Shown: piece after piece, positions 19,515 through 28,700 of the stretch
How the letters are laid out: each line of letters begins with the position of its first letter
Numbering within the stretch: position 1 is the first letter of the stretch
Assembly (NCBI GenBank): GCA_963823555.1
Contig: CAWGMA010000001.1
Location: 736,001 to 800,000, forward strand
Direction: 5' to 3'
DNA length: 64,000 nt
From: Candidatus Eiseniibacteriota bacterium
GTDB lineage: Bacteria; Eisenbacteria; RBG-16-71-46; CAVPCR01
Notes under the pieces: model-generated
The model's database searches: none
What the model saw: the letters and a program-made list of their open reading frames with translations, nothing else
What the model was told of the DNA's origin: nothing
Program-made: the position numbers and the translations under genes

Positions 19515-19685
19515 GCTCGCTTGGGCCTGGCAGCGAGCAGGTCCGCTGCAGTCGTACCAGCCTTCGGAACGGGCAGGGAGAAGGCCTTGCTGGCTTCGGT
19601 TGAGCTGGCCAACGGTGCTCATCAGTAACGCTTCCTCGACCAGGATGCTCAGGAGGTCTGGGCTCACCTCCTGAGAAGGTCGGTG
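19515..19685. repeat. Cluster of inverted repeats downstream of the CotH gene
   Basis: GCTCGCT/AGCGAGC (19515-38), GCCTTC/GAAGGC (19560-85), TGAGC/GCTCA (19601-21), CTCAGGAGGT/ACCTCCTGAG (19648-75) nested in CGACC/GGTCG. Confidence 0.6.
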
Positions 19686-19746
19686 GAATGGCGAATCGCG
19701 AGCTCGCAGAGCGGGCGGGGTTGGTCTCGCCGCGGGGGGTGACCGG

Positions 19747-19932
19747 CCCGAATGGCATCGTCGCGTGATCGCTGAGCGGATCCGCGATTTCGAAGCGGAC
19801 CCGGATAGCGGCGACAGCTGAGAGGCTAGGCCATCGATTCCTGGCGGCACTGGACGAACTGATTGCCCAAGTCGCAGTGAGTCCTCTCCGCTTCCCCAAG
19901 TCGAGCCCAATGTGCGGCGGGCCCTGTTTCGT
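19747..19932 (+). pseudogene. Decayed type II TA pair: addiction-module antitoxin fragment plus ParE/RelE toxin fragment
   Basis: PEWHRRVIAERIRDFEADPDSGDS* (19747-821), then LGHRFLAALDELIAQVAVSPLRFP (from 19826), frameshift, VEPNVRRALFR (from 19900). Confidence 0.7.
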
Positions 19933-20095
19933 ACCCCGGGAGGTGTCCGAGTCTGAGTGAGAGCAGCAGGGCAATCGGCGACTGGCGTGCCATGACATCT
20001 TGAGCCCCGCTCCCCCCGCCTGCTAGACTCCGCCCCTGTGCCCGCCGCAATCGCCGAGCCTCGGGCTCTCGCCCCGACCCTGGCCCGGCTACCGG

Positions 20096-22666
20096 ATGGA
20101 TCCAGTTGCCCCGCGGAGCGCCAGAAGCGATTTGTCTCCCCACTCGACGGACGATCTCCTCGGTCCCAAGGGCCCGCTTCCGGATCTGCTCCCCACGTTC
20201 GAGCATCGCGACGGTCAGCTCGAGATGGCCCGCGGCGTCTCCGAGGTGCTCGAGTCGGGCGGGGTGCTCGCCGTCGAGGCCCCGACCGGCATCGGGAAGT
20301 CGCTCGCCTACCTCATTCCGGCCGCCCTCCATGCTCTCCGCGAACAGGTCCCGGTCGCGATCGCGACCGGAACCTTGAACCTCCAGGATCAGCTTCTCGA
20401 GAAGGACGTCCCTGTCGTCGCCCAGGTGCTGGAGTCGATCGGGGAGGGCCCGCTCCGCGTGACCGTCTTGAAGGGACGATCGAACTACCTCTGCCGGCGG
20501 CGCTGGGAGGAGGCGCGGCGCGGGTTGATCCCGCTCCCGCCCGGGATGCTGGAGCGGCTTGCGGGCTGGGTGGTCGACACCGAGACCGGGGAGCTCACCG
20601 AGGCCGAGGCCGTCCTCGGCCCGCTCGGCGAGCACGCCGCGCGCCTGGCCTCGGATCCGGCGAGCTGCTCCTGGGCGCGCTGCCATCGGGGCGACGATTG
20701 CTTCCTCCGCCGCGTGCGCAAGCGCGCTCAGACCTCGCACCTCGTCATCTTGAACCACGCCCTGCTCTTCCATCATCTTCTCCGCGACTCGGGCTACCTC
20801 CCCGATGCCGATGGGCTCGTCCTCGACGAGGCGCATCATCTCGAGCGGGCGCTCACCGATGCCTGCGGGCGCGAGGTGTCGATCGAGCAGGTGCAGGGGC
20901 TCGTGGGGCGCGCGTTAGGGACGAGGGCGGCGGGGGCCACGGAGGAGGCCAACGACGAGGGAGCGGGGTCGCTGGCCGGGGTCGGCCCGGGCGAGCAGCT
21001 CGGATTCGGCGATGCGGAGCTCGCGCGCGTGGGCGAGCTCGGGCGTCTCGCCGAACGCCTGCGTGCGATTCCCTCCGAGGTGGATCGCCTGAACCTGGGC
21101 CAGCGCGTGAGCGAGGTGCGGGACGGGATCGAAGGGGCGGCGGGGCTCGTCGCGGTCGCTTTGCGGGCGGTGGGTCGGCGGCTCCTGGATGTTTCCGCGG
21201 AAACATCGGTGAGCAGCAATAGGTCGTTTTCTGCATCGAACGGTCGTAATCATGGATCGAGCAGGGGCGCCTTCCCCGGCCCCGGCGCTCCCCACCGCTA
21301 CAACGCCGACACCGCCTCCGACCTCTTCGGCCTCGAGATCGATCGGGCGCGGACGGCCCTCGAGGATCTCGGTGGGTCGCTGCGCGATCTCGCCGCTGCG
21401 ATCGATCGCGTCACCTCGGAGCAGGCCCCCGGCGAGCCCGCCGCGGACTGGCTCGTCGAGGTGACCGGCCTCGCCGGTGATTGGGGGCGACTCGGCGCCG
21501 ATCTCTCGGCTCTCGCCGAGCCCGACGACGCCGATGTGTGCTGGATCGATCTCGATCACGGCGCCGCGCGCCTCTCTTCGCTTCCGCTCGACGTTGCCGA
21601 CACGTTCGCCCACCGCGTTCTCGATCGCTTTCGTTCGGCCATCCTGACTTCGGCAACCTTGACCGTTGCCGCCTCCTTCGATCACCTGGTCGCCCGCCTC
21701 GGTCTCGACCGCCGCGATCGCCGCCGCCTCCACCTGATGGCGCTCGATTCGCCCTTCGAGCACGCGCGCCAGTGTGTGCTGCTGGCCGATCCCGGCTTCA
21801 CGCCGCCGAATGCTCCGGGCTATGCAGGGGCGGTCGCGAACCTCTTGATCTCCTTCGTCCTCGGCGTCAAGCGCCGCACGCTCGTCCTCTTCACCTCGAA
21901 CTGGCTCCTGCGCGAGGTGTGGGCGCGGGTGCGTCCGATCGCCGAGGCGCAGGGCCGCCCGCTCTTCGCCCAGGGCATGGATGGACCGCGCCAGGTTCTC
22001 GCCCGCCGCTTCCGGCAGGATCCAGGGGCGATCTTGCTCGGGACGTCGAGCTTCTGGGAGGGCGTCGACTTCCCCGGCGAGGAGCTCGAGGTCCTCGTGA
22101 TCACGCGGCTTCCGTTCCCGGTGCCGTCGGAGCCGCTGATCGCGGCGCGGAGCGAGAAGCTCTCGGCGCTGGGGGAGGAGCCGTTCTCGAGCTTGTTCTT
22201 GCCCGAGGCGGTGCTTCGTTTCAGGCAAGGCTTCGGGCGGTTGATCCGGAGCCTCGATGATCGCGGAGCGGTGATCTGTCTCGATCCACGGTTGATGACA
22301 TCGAGCTACGGCGAGGTGTTCCGGCGATCGCTACCGGTCAGGCCGATGATGGTGGCCGGGGAGCTCTTGGCGGAGGCAGTGGCCGAGTGGTTCGCGACGG
22401 GCGAGGTGGCGGGCGCGGGGGATGGGCGGCGCCCGCGCGGGCGCCGCGGGACCAAGCGGAGCCCGCAATCGGTGGCCGAGGATGTGTACCTGGTTGATGG
22501 ATGGGATGAGGGGTTCGAGGGCGAACCCGACGCCGATCGAGTGCGGGAGCGGGCCACGGCGTGGCAAAGGAGAACGTACGTGAAGGAGGAGGGGGCGACG
22601 ATCGTGGTCGAGAGCCTCCGTGCCGCGCCATCCGATGTGCCTGGCCGAAGAAGTGATGACGAGTGA
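20096..22666 (+). CDS. dinG: DinG/YoaA family Fe-S ATP-dependent helicase
   Basis: EAPTGIGKS, KGRSNYLC, Cys cluster, LDEAHH, TSATL, FWEGVDFPG and RQGFGRLIR motifs. Confidence 0.9.
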   Translation: MDPVAPRSARSDLSPHSTDDLLGPKGPLPDLLPTFEHRDGQLEMARGVSEVLESGGVLAVEAPTGIGKSLAYLIPAALHALREQVPVAIATGTLNLQDQLLEKDVPVVAQVLESIGEGPLRVTVLKGRSNYLCRRRWEEARRGLIPLPPGMLERLAGWVVDTETGELTEAEAVLGPLGEHAARLASDPASCSWARCHRGDDCFLRRVRKRAQTSHLVILNHALLFHHLLRDSGYLPDADGLVLDEAHHLERALTDACGREVSIEQVQGLVGRALGTRAAGATEEANDEGAGSLAGVGPGEQLGFGDAELARVGELGRLAERLRAIPSEVDRLNLGQRVSEVRDGIEGAAGLVAVALRAVGRRLLDVSAETSVSSNRSFSASNGRNHGSSRGAFPGPGAPHRYNADTASDLFGLEIDRARTALEDLGGSLRDLAAAIDRVTSEQAPGEPAADWLVEVTGLAGDWGRLGADLSALAEPDDADVCWIDLDHGAARLSSLPLDVADTFAHRVLDRFRSAILTSATLTVAASFDHLVARLGLDRRDRRRLHLMALDSPFEHARQCVLLADPGFTPPNAPGYAGAVANLLISFVLGVKRRTLVLFTSNWLLREVWARVRPIAEAQGRPLFAQGMDGPRQVLARRFRQDPGAILLGTSSFWEGVDFPGEELEVLVITRLPFPVPSEPLIAARSEKLSALGEEPFSSLFLPEAVLRFRQGFGRLIRSLDDRGAVICLDPRLMTSSYGEVFRRSLPVRPMMVAGELLAEAVAEWFATGEVAGAGDGRRPRGRRGTKRSPQSVAEDVYLVDGWDEGFEGEPDADRVRERATAWQRRTYVKEEGATIVVESLRAAPSDVPGRRSDDE

Positions 22667-22819
22667 GTGCCGATGTCAGATTGGATTGTAACTAGTTCAG
22701 TACACTTGAATTCGGCTTTGTATCGTCTTCCGCGCCTCCTCGCCTGATATCTGCTACCCTGCCCCGCAGTCGCCGCCACTACCCCGCCCGGCCCTCGACC
22801 GCACGAAAGGAGGCCCTCG

Positions 22820-24226
22820 ATGCCCGCCGCCCACCGTATCCTCTTCGCCGCCCTGGCGCTCGTCCTCGCCGCATCTTCCTTCTCCTGCTCCCGCGGCCCC
22901 GATCCCGTCGAGGCGCGCGCTCTCGCCAAGGAAGCGTACATCTTCGCCTATCCCATGCTCGAGAACTACAAGACCATGTACATCCAGGCGATCGACACCT
23001 CATCGCCTGGCTACCAGGGCCCGTTCAACACGTTCAAGCACAGCACGACACTCCTCGGCCCCGAGTTCACGGACGTCGTTCGTCCCAATAACGACACCAT
23101 CTATTCCTTCGCCTGGCTCGATCTGCGCGCCGAGCCGATCGTGGTCACCGTGCCGGCGATCACCGATCGCTACTACTCCTTCCAGCTCGTCGATCTCTAT
23201 ACACACAACTTCGCCTACATCGGGACCCGAGCGACCGGCACCGAGGCCGGGAGCTACCTGATCGCCGGCCCGTCGTGGAGCGGCGATCCCTCACAGCCTC
23301 CGCCCGACATCCGCCAGGTCTTCCCGACCGAGGGCAACTTCGTCTTCTGTCTCGGCCGCACCGCAGTCGATGGCGAAGCGGATCTTCCCAACGTGCTCGC
23401 GATCCAGGAGGGGTACAAGGTCCAGTCGCTCAGCGCCTACCTCGGCGAGGCCGCCCCGCCGGCCCCGCCCGCGATCGTCCTCCCGACCTACAACCGCGTC
23501 GAGGCCGACACCCCCGACTTCATCAAGTACCTGAACTTCCTTCTCGGCCAGGTCGACATTCATCCCTCCGAGCGCCAGCTCATCGAGAAGTTCGGCCGCA
23601 TCGGCATCGGTCCGAACCGACCCTTCGAGGCGTCAGCCCTGGACATCTCCGTGCTGCATGCCATGGACGAGGGAATTCGCGAGGCGATCGACGAGATCGA
23701 GAAGAACGTGGGGAACCTGGGCGAGAAGAACAGCTGGAGCCTGACCGGGAAGGTCTTCGGCACCCGCGAGGTGATGCAGGGCCAGTACCTGACCCGCGCC
23801 TCGGCGGCACGCTTCGGGCTCTACGGGAACGATCTCGAGGAGGCCTACTACCCGACCACCAGCCTCGATTCAGCCGGCGGTACGCTCGACGGCTCCGGGA
23901 ACCGCTACGTGCTCCGGTTCACCAAGGACGAGATGCCGCCGGTGGATGCCTTCTGGTCCATCACCATGTACAACCTGCCGGAGCAGCTCATGGTCGCCAA
24001 TCCGATCCATCGCTACTCGATCGGGGATCGGACCCGCGGCCTCAAAATCGACAAGGATGGATCGCTCGCGATCTATCTGCAGCCCAAGTCACCGGGCAAG
24101 GCGAAGGAGTCGAACTGGTTGCCGGCTCCGGAAGGCCCCTTCTCGCTCACCCTCCGCATGTACCTGCCCAGGCCCTCGGCCCTGGATCCGCTCTACGCGC
24201 CGCCGGGGGTCGAGAAGGTCGATTAG
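22820..24226 (+). CDS. DUF1254/DUF1214 lipoprotein-like exported protein
   Basis: AAGGAGG RBS; signal peptide; AYIFAYP, VVRPNNDTIYS, PPVDAFWSITMY and NWLPAP motifs. Confidence 0.9.
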   Translation: MPAAHRILFAALALVLAASSFSCSRGPDPVEARALAKEAYIFAYPMLENYKTMYIQAIDTSSPGYQGPFNTFKHSTTLLGPEFTDVVRPNNDTIYSFAWLDLRAEPIVVTVPAITDRYYSFQLVDLYTHNFAYIGTRATGTEAGSYLIAGPSWSGDPSQPPPDIRQVFPTEGNFVFCLGRTAVDGEADLPNVLAIQEGYKVQSLSAYLGEAAPPAPPAIVLPTYNRVEADTPDFIKYLNFLLGQVDIHPSERQLIEKFGRIGIGPNRPFEASALDISVLHAMDEGIREAIDEIEKNVGNLGEKNSWSLTGKVFGTREVMQGQYLTRASAARFGLYGNDLEEAYYPTTSLDSAGGTLDGSGNRYVLRFTKDEMPPVDAFWSITMYNLPEQLMVANPIHRYSIGDRTRGLKIDKDGSLAIYLQPKSPGKAKESNWLPAPEGPFSLTLRMYLPRPSALDPLYAPPGVEKVD

Positions 24227-24234
24227 CGGCCGCC

Positions 24235-24690
24235 GCGCGAACATAGGTGGAGTTCGACCGCCGCCCAGGTGATGGCGCTCCGTTGACCATCGCCTGGGCA
24301 GCGGCGTTTGGGCGGCTTGCGAACCCAGCGACAACCCGGTTTCCGAAAGTGGAAACGCGGTTGACGGTCGCAGATGGGGTGGGCGCGCGACCATCTGAGG
24401 AGCGCGTTCTCGAAGCGCTCACGCCTTCGTCCATCGGTCGCCTCGGTACGATTACTGCTCTTGGAATTGCAGCGGAGTGGACAGAGACTGGGACCCGGTG
24501 CCCGCCTGGCGGCCGGGCACGATGGCCCAGCCCGTCCAATGGACATCGGAGCGATGGATGTCTGAGCTGGCCACGAATGTTCCATGCGACCGCGCTCTCG
24601 GCGGTGTCGCGGTTGCTTGGTGTTGGCGGGGCGTTGGCAGCCCGGTTCGCTCGCTGGCTCCGGCATGGCCGGCAGAGCTGGGGCCTAGGT
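24235..24690. ncRNA. Candidate structured noncoding element (about 10 back-to-back hairpins), family unknown
   Basis: Stems include GCCCAGGTGATGG/CCATCGCCTGGGC, GTTTCC/GGAAAC nested in GCGAC/GTCGC, CAGATGG/CCATCTG, GAGCGC/GCGCTC, GTGCCCG/CGGGCAC and GACATC/GATGTC; no credible ORF. Confidence 0.35.
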
Positions 24691-24692
24691 GG

Positions 24693-24803
24693 CGGGAGAG
24701 TCGCGAACGCGTTTGCAGCGGCGGGGCGGTCGCCGGGAGAGTCGCGAACGCGTTTGCAGCGGCGGCGGGTGACCGCGGACTCACGAACGCGTTTGCAGCG
24801 GCG
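24693..24803. repeat. Three direct repeats with palindromic core CGAACGCGTTTGCAGCGGCG
   Basis: Identical 20-bp core at 24704, 24745 and 24784 (periods 41 and 39); copies 1 and 2 share 32 bp. Confidence 0.9.
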
Positions 24804-24814
24804 CGAACCCGGCC

Positions 24815-24925
24815 AAGCAGCGCGGCCGGGTCCGTTCGATGGGGGACCTTGAGCTCGAGCACCATGATGGTGATGATGATGGCGAGCACACCATCACTGA
24901 ATGCTTCGAGTCTGCCTCTCGTCAT
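24815..24925 (-). pseudogene. 5' fragment of a TMEM175 (DUF1211) potassium channel gene
   Basis: MTRGRLEAFSDGVLAIIITIMVLELKVP signature; similarity ends after about 37 codons where the repeat begins. Confidence 0.85.
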
Positions 24926-25011
24926 CGATCCGACCTGGCCGCGTCACGCATAACCTGGGCCGACGGAGTCCGCGGTCCGTTCCGCCGTGCCCTTGAGGCA
25001 CTCCGTGCCCG

Positions 25012-25494
25012 CTACTTGGTCTCCGCCAGCGGCACCATCTTGGCCAGCTCGTAATCGACCTGCGCATCGAACTTGTTCTCGATCTGGAGGAATCGCGCCA
25101 GCTTCTGCGGCGGCAGGACACCTTCCATCTTCTTGAGGGTCGCACGGCGCAGCGCCAAGGCGTCCTCTGTGATGTCGAGCGACTCCGTGATCATCTTCTT
25201 GGCCTGGTCGTCGCCCAGCTTCTCGTAGTCGCGGGCAAACTCGGTGACGAGCGCCGCTCGGCGATCGCCGATCTTGACCACCTCGGCTTGATACTCGTCA
25301 TAGAGCGGCCAGAAGGCCTTGGCCTCGCTTTCCGTGAGGTTCAAGTTGGCCTCGACCTTCGCCTTGCGCTTGGCCTGAAGATCGGCGCGGGTGGTCTCGA
25401 GTGCGTCCTTGCGGCCGACCGTGCCCTCCTGCGCCAGGGCTACCGAACTCACGGCGAGGGCGAAAAGTACGAACAGGATTCCCATGCGTCTCAT
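25012..25494 (-). CDS. Secreted helical protein (Spy/CpxP LTxxQ-like)
   Basis: GGAGG RBS; signal peptide ending ALA; LNLTESEAKAFWPLYDEY...VLPPQKLARFLQIE. Confidence 0.8.
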   Translation of the reverse strand: MRRMGILFVLFALAVSSVALAQEGTVGRKDALETTRADLQAKRKAKVEANLNLTESEAKAFWPLYDEYQAEVVKIGDRRAALVTEFARDYEKLGDDQAKKMITESLDITEDALALRRATLKKMEGVLPPQKLARFLQIENKFDAQVDYELAKMVPLAETK

Positions 25495-25796
25495 GGCTGA
25501 AAGACCTCCATTCCGTTCAGTGGCAATCACTGCAATTCCGTTTCGGGGATGAGGCTGTGCGCGGATCGGTTGGGGAGAGCGCAGCTTGCGCGTCAACACT
25601 GGACCGCCCTGCCATTGAAGACAGAGAAGGTTACTACCGGCTGCCCGGACGGTCAATCGATCCTGTCCAGGTCCCTTCCTGGTCCTTCCGCGCCCGACGC
25701 GCTATAATCCCGGCACCTACCGCCACCGACTGCCCAGTCCCGGGCCGGTGGCTGCCCGTCTACTCCGGCAACCGCCGCAACGGCACGGAGGCAGAT

Positions 25797-28700
25797 ATGG
25801 TTGCCCGCTTGCGATCGTCCCATCCTTCCCGTTTCCCATCGCCCGTAGGCACGACGGCCGTCGCCATCGCCGCGGCCCTCCTTCTCCTGGTCTCGACGGG
25901 CCAGGCCCTCGACCTCGGCTCGATCGACGCCGCGCTCACAAGCACGTGGGGTGCCGCAGCCGGCAGGACACCCGACTCCATTCCAACCACTGACTCCGAG
26001 CGTCTCCTTGGCGGCTGCTCCCTCATGCAGCTCGACGATGGCACGTTCGAGAACGGCTACGCCTACAACTTCTTTGAAGTGGCGCCACCCGACACCGGCG
26101 CTTTCGCCAAGCACTTCGAGTCCCCCTACCCCGACCCGACCGTGCTCCTCTGCGAGGCGCGATTCTTCTTCACCACCGTGCCCCAGTATCCGCAGGGGGC
26201 ATCGCTCTACACCGCGATCGTCTACGCCCACGATGCCCAGAACGGGAGGCCGGGAGCCGAGATCCTCCGCGTCTCCGGCATCGACCCCGGCGTCGTCCCC
26301 AACTTCCCCAGCTTCGTCGAGAGCACGGTCGACTTCGGCCAGGTCGAGGTTCCGCGCGAGTTCTGGGTCGCCTGGTGGCCGGAGTGGGCGGGGGCCGAGG
26401 CCGAGTGGTTCATCGGCGCCGACGAGAACGGCACCGAGCCCACGCCCGTCGACCACACCAACGCGCAGACCGCTCCCGGCTGGCTTCCGGTCAAGGACGC
26501 CGACTTCCCCAACTGCAAGAACCTGGCGATCCGCGCCGCCATGGCCGCCATCGACGGCCCCGAGCCCCTGATCCCGATCAGCGCCCAGGAACCGGCCGAT
26601 GCTGGTTGCCCGGCCTACTCCAACGCCACGCCCGACACCGCGCTCGTTTGCTCCTTCACGATCGCGGCGAGCGACCCCGCCGTGCCGTGGATCCGCATCC
26701 ACTTCGACCTCTTCGATATCGGACTGCGCGACTTCGTCCGCTTCACGAGCACCGAGACCGGCGACAGCTACGATGTCGAGGGTCGCGAAGCCGTGCTCTC
26801 ACCGCTCGAGTACTACTCGCTCTTCCTCGATGGGGACGAGGTCCTGGTCGAGCTCTACGCCGTCCCCGGCGGCGCCGGTGGCGGCATCCACGCCGACTTC
26901 ATCGATGTCGGCCTCATCCCGCCACCCTCCGACACGATATGCGGGGCCGACAACCGTCAGTCCTCGAACGACGCCCGGGTTGCCCGCCTCAAGATCAAGA
27001 AGAACGACGGCAAGACCTACGTCTGCACCGCCTTCCTCATCAGCAACAACGGCTGCTACGCCACCGCCGGCCACTGCCTCGATGGCGTCGATCTCACGAA
27101 GCCCGGGAACGTGGTCGCCCAGCACAACGTGCCGGCCTCGGATGCCGACGGGTCCACCAACAACCCGGGTGCCGCGGACCAGTACAAGATCGACACCGCG
27201 GTCACGCCTTGCTTCCGGAACAACGGGCGCGGCGACGACTACGGCGTCTTCAAGGCCAAGCCCAACGAGAAGACCAAGAAGAACCCCTCCCAGGCGCAGG
27301 GATCCCACCACGACCTCAAGGACTCGACGCCGAACGTCGGCGACACGGTCAAGGTCACCGGCCACGGTGCCGACGACGGCGCCGACAACTTCATCCAGCA
27401 GGACGACAGCGGCCAGGTCACCGGGGTCAACGGCACCACCATCGAGCACAAGGCCGATACCCGGGGCGGGAACTCGGGCGGCCCCATCACGAACGCCTCG
27501 GGTGGCGTGACCGGCATCCACACCCACGGCGGCTGCCGTTCGGACGGCACCGGCTCCAATGCCGGGACCAGCGTCACCAGCCAGGGCTTCCGCGACTGCG
27601 TCGATCAGGTGTGCGCCAAGGAGTGCCAGGTGCCGCCGACCGAGTCGGAACCGACAGTACCGGTCATCGCGACCGAGATCCTGTCGATGACCCTCACCTC
27701 GCCGCAGCCGATCCCGATCACCCTCACCGGCGAGCGGCCGCTCATCATGACCTGGGATCCGCCCATCGGCAGCTTGCCGCCCATCGTCGACATGGACCTC
27801 ATCATGCCTTCGCCCGGGCAGACGACATTGCCGCGACTCACCTGCGTCGGCCCCATCATCATCCGCACCGTCGACTCCCGGCCCTCGACCGGGCAGGCGG
27901 TGCCGCAGGGTTCATCTCCCTGCTTCCCGATGGATAGCTTCTTCGATGTCTTCGTCGAGGTGGAGATGCCGGGGCTCGGGCTCACGCTTCACAACGAGAA
28001 CCCGATCCACATCGCCGGCACCATCAACTCGATCCTGCCCTACGGCGATACCTACAGCCTCACGGATCCCGTACCGCTCGTCGATGGCAACGGCGCGCCG
28101 GCGGGTACGCTCGATGCCTGGAGCCTGACCCCGCAGCCGCCGATCGATTGCATCTTCGTCGGCGGGCTCTTCGGGATCGACTTCTTCGGCCAGCCCGACC
28201 TGATCCTGACCCCTGGCACCACCGGCATCCAGCACGATGCGGTGTTCTGGGACGGGGCGAACTGGGTGATCCCGACCGAGCTCGTCCAGATGGATCTTCG
28301 CGGCTTCAGCCCGGTGCTGGGCTCGGAGATCGTCGTCAGGGTCTTCCAGCCCGGACAGCCCAGCTACGGCAACATCGTCTTCGCCGGGCTGCCGTACCTC
28401 CAGTTCCCCGCCGAGAGCACCTTCGACGTGTTCTACGAGATCACGGTCGAGAACACGGGTCGCGTGCTCGTCACCGACGGTCCGGTTCACCTCCGGGATC
28501 CCGACGGCATCGGCGCGCTGCCGCCGCTCCCGGGCGACGTCTATCAAGGTGAGAATCCAGTCGCCCTGATCGATCGCGACACGCAGGAGCCGGTCGGCAT
28601 CCTCTTCCAGAACCAGCTCGATGTCGGCGCCTCCTTTGCCTGGACGCCGCCGCCGCCGGCGGGAATCGACGGCATCTGCAGCGTCTCGGAGCTCACCGTC

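Noticed and set aside
24693..24803. Mini CRISPR array
   Set aside because: Only three units with a period of about 40 bp, linkers too short and partly similar to each other, and no cas genes in the window
24247..24852. 201-aa ORF across the structured region
   Set aside because: No RBS or recognisable motifs, and it runs through the repeats; more consistent with noncoding sequence
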